Assembly (NCBI GenBank): GCA_024137785.1
Contig: JAHRHZ010000018.1
Location: 32,343,307 to 32,407,306, forward strand
Length of the DNA: 64,000 nt
Reading direction: 5' to 3'
Source of the DNA: Ginglymostoma cirratum
Taxonomy: Eukaryota
Shown here: in pieces, positions 61,965 to 64,000 of the stretch
Layout of the letters: each line of letters starts with the position of its first letter
Numbering within the stretch: the first letter of the stretch is position 1
Translations under genes and position numbers: made by a program
Notes under the pieces: model-generated
Databases searched by the model: none
Told to the model about the DNA's origin: nothing
Seen by the model: the letters and a program-made list of their open reading frames with translations, nothing else

Positions 61965-62380
61965 TGTGTGCAGTCTTTGACGAGGTTGACCACACCATCC
62001 TCCTTTGAAACCTCCCTTTGTTGTCCAGTGCACGGGACTACTCCCCTTCTACCTCCACCTCCATAACATTCCCTTACGTTTGTCTCAGATCATCTGTTGC
62101 TGAAACCCTCATTTGAGCCTTTTTAAAAAAACTCTCTAGTGTGGAATATTCCAACACATTCCTGTTGGTCTGCCAAATTTCACCCTCCATAAACTCAAGA
62201 TCATCCAAAACTCTAGTGCTTGTGTCTCAACTCAATAGAGCTCCATTCTTCTATCACCACGAGGCCTACATTGACTCCTGGTAAAGCAGAATTTTAAAAT
62301 TCTCTTGCTCATTTTTAAATCTTGCTTTGATTTTTCACCTCCGTAATACCAATATCTCCATCATCCCCACAGCCCTCTAA
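61965..62380 (+). mobile_element. decayed L2-type LINE fragment
   Basis: AVFDEVDHTILL RT motif; later ctcaagatcatccaaaactct (IQN). Confidence 0.55.
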
Positions 62381-62384
62381 GGTA

Positions 62385-62905
62385 TAGAGTCATAGAGATA
62401 TACAGCATGGAAACAGACCCTTCGGTCCAACCAGTTCGTGCTGACCATAATCCCAAATTAAACTAGTCCCACTTGCCTGTGCTTGGCCCATATCCCTCCA
62501 AACATTTCTTATTCATGTACTTATCTAAATGTCTTTTAAACATTGTAACTGTACCTGCATCCACAACTTCCTCAGGAAGTTCATTTCACACACGAACCAC
62601 TGTCTGTGTAAAAGAAAAATTGCCCCTCATGTCTTTTTTAAATCTTTCTCCTCTCACCTTAAAAATATACTCTCTAGTTTTGAAATTCCCCACCCTAGGG
62701 AAAAGACACCTGCCATTCACCTTATCAACACATCTCATGATTTTATAAACCTCTATAAGGTCACCTCTCAACCTCCTATGCTCAGTGAAAGAAGTCCCAG
62801 CTATCCAACCTCTTCTTATAACTCAAACCCTCCATTCCCAGCAACATCCTGGTAAATCTCTTCTGAGCCCTCTCCAGCTTAATAATACCCTTCCTACAAT
62901 AGGGC
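62385..62905 (-). mobile_element. CR1 3' fragment
   Basis: RGDLIEVYKIMR..DKVN...LFPRVG. Confidence 0.85.
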
Positions 62906-64000
62906 TGATATCTCCACTGACATCTTCAGTATCAGAGTTTAATCATTCCACCATGAGTGACTGTGTCCTGGGCTCTGGAATTCCCTGTGTAAACCTCTGA
63001 TCTCTACTCACTTTCCTCATCCTTTGACCAAGCCTTTGATCACCCGAATGCATATTTCCTTATGTCATGTCCTGTTTTATTTCTTGAAGTTCCTATGGTG
63101 TGTTGGGATGTTTTATTATATTAAAGGTGTTGTATAAATGCCATAAATCACAGTGTATAGGGTGACCCCATTTACCTGGCTCACGAATAAGTTTTTTGCA
63201 AAATTTGACATTAATGTCAAACCACTTTTTCAGCCATGACATTACTTTACTCACGTTTGCAGTCAGCCTCAATTTTCCTCCCAGCAAAGATATGTTTTAT
63301 TTACTGGTACCTTATGACTGGGCACAAGGGATCAAGCAGGTGATATGAGCTCTTCATGCATGGAAGTTGAAAACACATTGACTTTTTGCATTGAATGCCA
63401 AGCAAATTTCAAAATAGCAACCACCCACTCTCACTTATATATTCAGTGCATAAGTCAACCACAGTTTTAGAGGGATTTTTCAATGGTTCAAATGTTACTC
63501 AGACACCAGCATCTACGGTATAATCTGTTGTTGTTTCTCTAAATCAGTGGGTGAATTGAATGTTACCACCATCTAATGGTAATCTAGTGGTAAAACACTA
63601 CAGCCGTTTTACATGTCATCAAACAGTACATGCAGTTATTGATGATCCATCAACAGTAGCATCTGAAAATAACTCACAGCTTTTATGCTATTTTTATCAG
63701 TTTCCATTCAAAGAATATTTAAGATGCTGATGAAACATTCACTCCCACTTCTTCATCCATTTGTCTATCTATGATCTCAATTAACCATACAGGCTTTAAA
63801 CTAACATAGACTACCGTACACAGAATTTGATCATTGCTCATTTAAAATAAAAATTGCCAACATTTTTGCATTGGAACTGAGGACTACTTCTACAAATAGA
63901 ACAAAATGTGGAGCCTCTGAACAAGATGATCTTCAGATAAAACCTCTTGTCTTTTGTTTACACCCTCTCTAAACTCATCAGCTATTGTTTTATAGAAAAT

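Noticed and set aside
1-64000. CRISPR array or prokaryotic system
   Set aside because: The sequence is intron-rich vertebrate DNA; no regularly spaced repeat-spacer array or operon was seen.

Overview
Vertebrate genomic DNA, very probably from a shark: it carries HE1-type tRNA SINEs, CR1/HER1-type LINEs and abundant Penelope-like elements (PLEs). There are two protein-coding genes, both on the + strand. (1) A complete TRAF5 coding sequence in 10 coding exons (6261-40744, 1689 nt, 562 aa: RING, five zinc fingers, coiled coil, MATH/TRAF-C). (2) The first three coding exons (193/155/133 nt, the CKB/CKM exon pattern) of a divergent cytoplasmic-type creatine-kinase-like gene that starts at 52930 and runs off the window. 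The second gene is the most interesting feature. It is colinear with CKB and has open exons with GT-AG borders, but it has lost the ATP-binding arginines R130 and R132 (Q, S) and has Tyr at the specificity position R96. It also sits next to TRAF5, mirroring the TRAF3-CKB linkage, so it may be a further whole-genome-duplication paralogue acting as a pseudoenzyme or with altered specificity. The introns contain a young PLE family (RT + GIY-YIG), minimal hammerhead-ribozyme motifs, short TSD-flanked hairpin elements built from PLE ends, nested insertions in a CR1, and decayed Harbinger transposons. All four N-gaps fall inside PLE sequence. Comparisons with human proteins are from memory, not from database searches.
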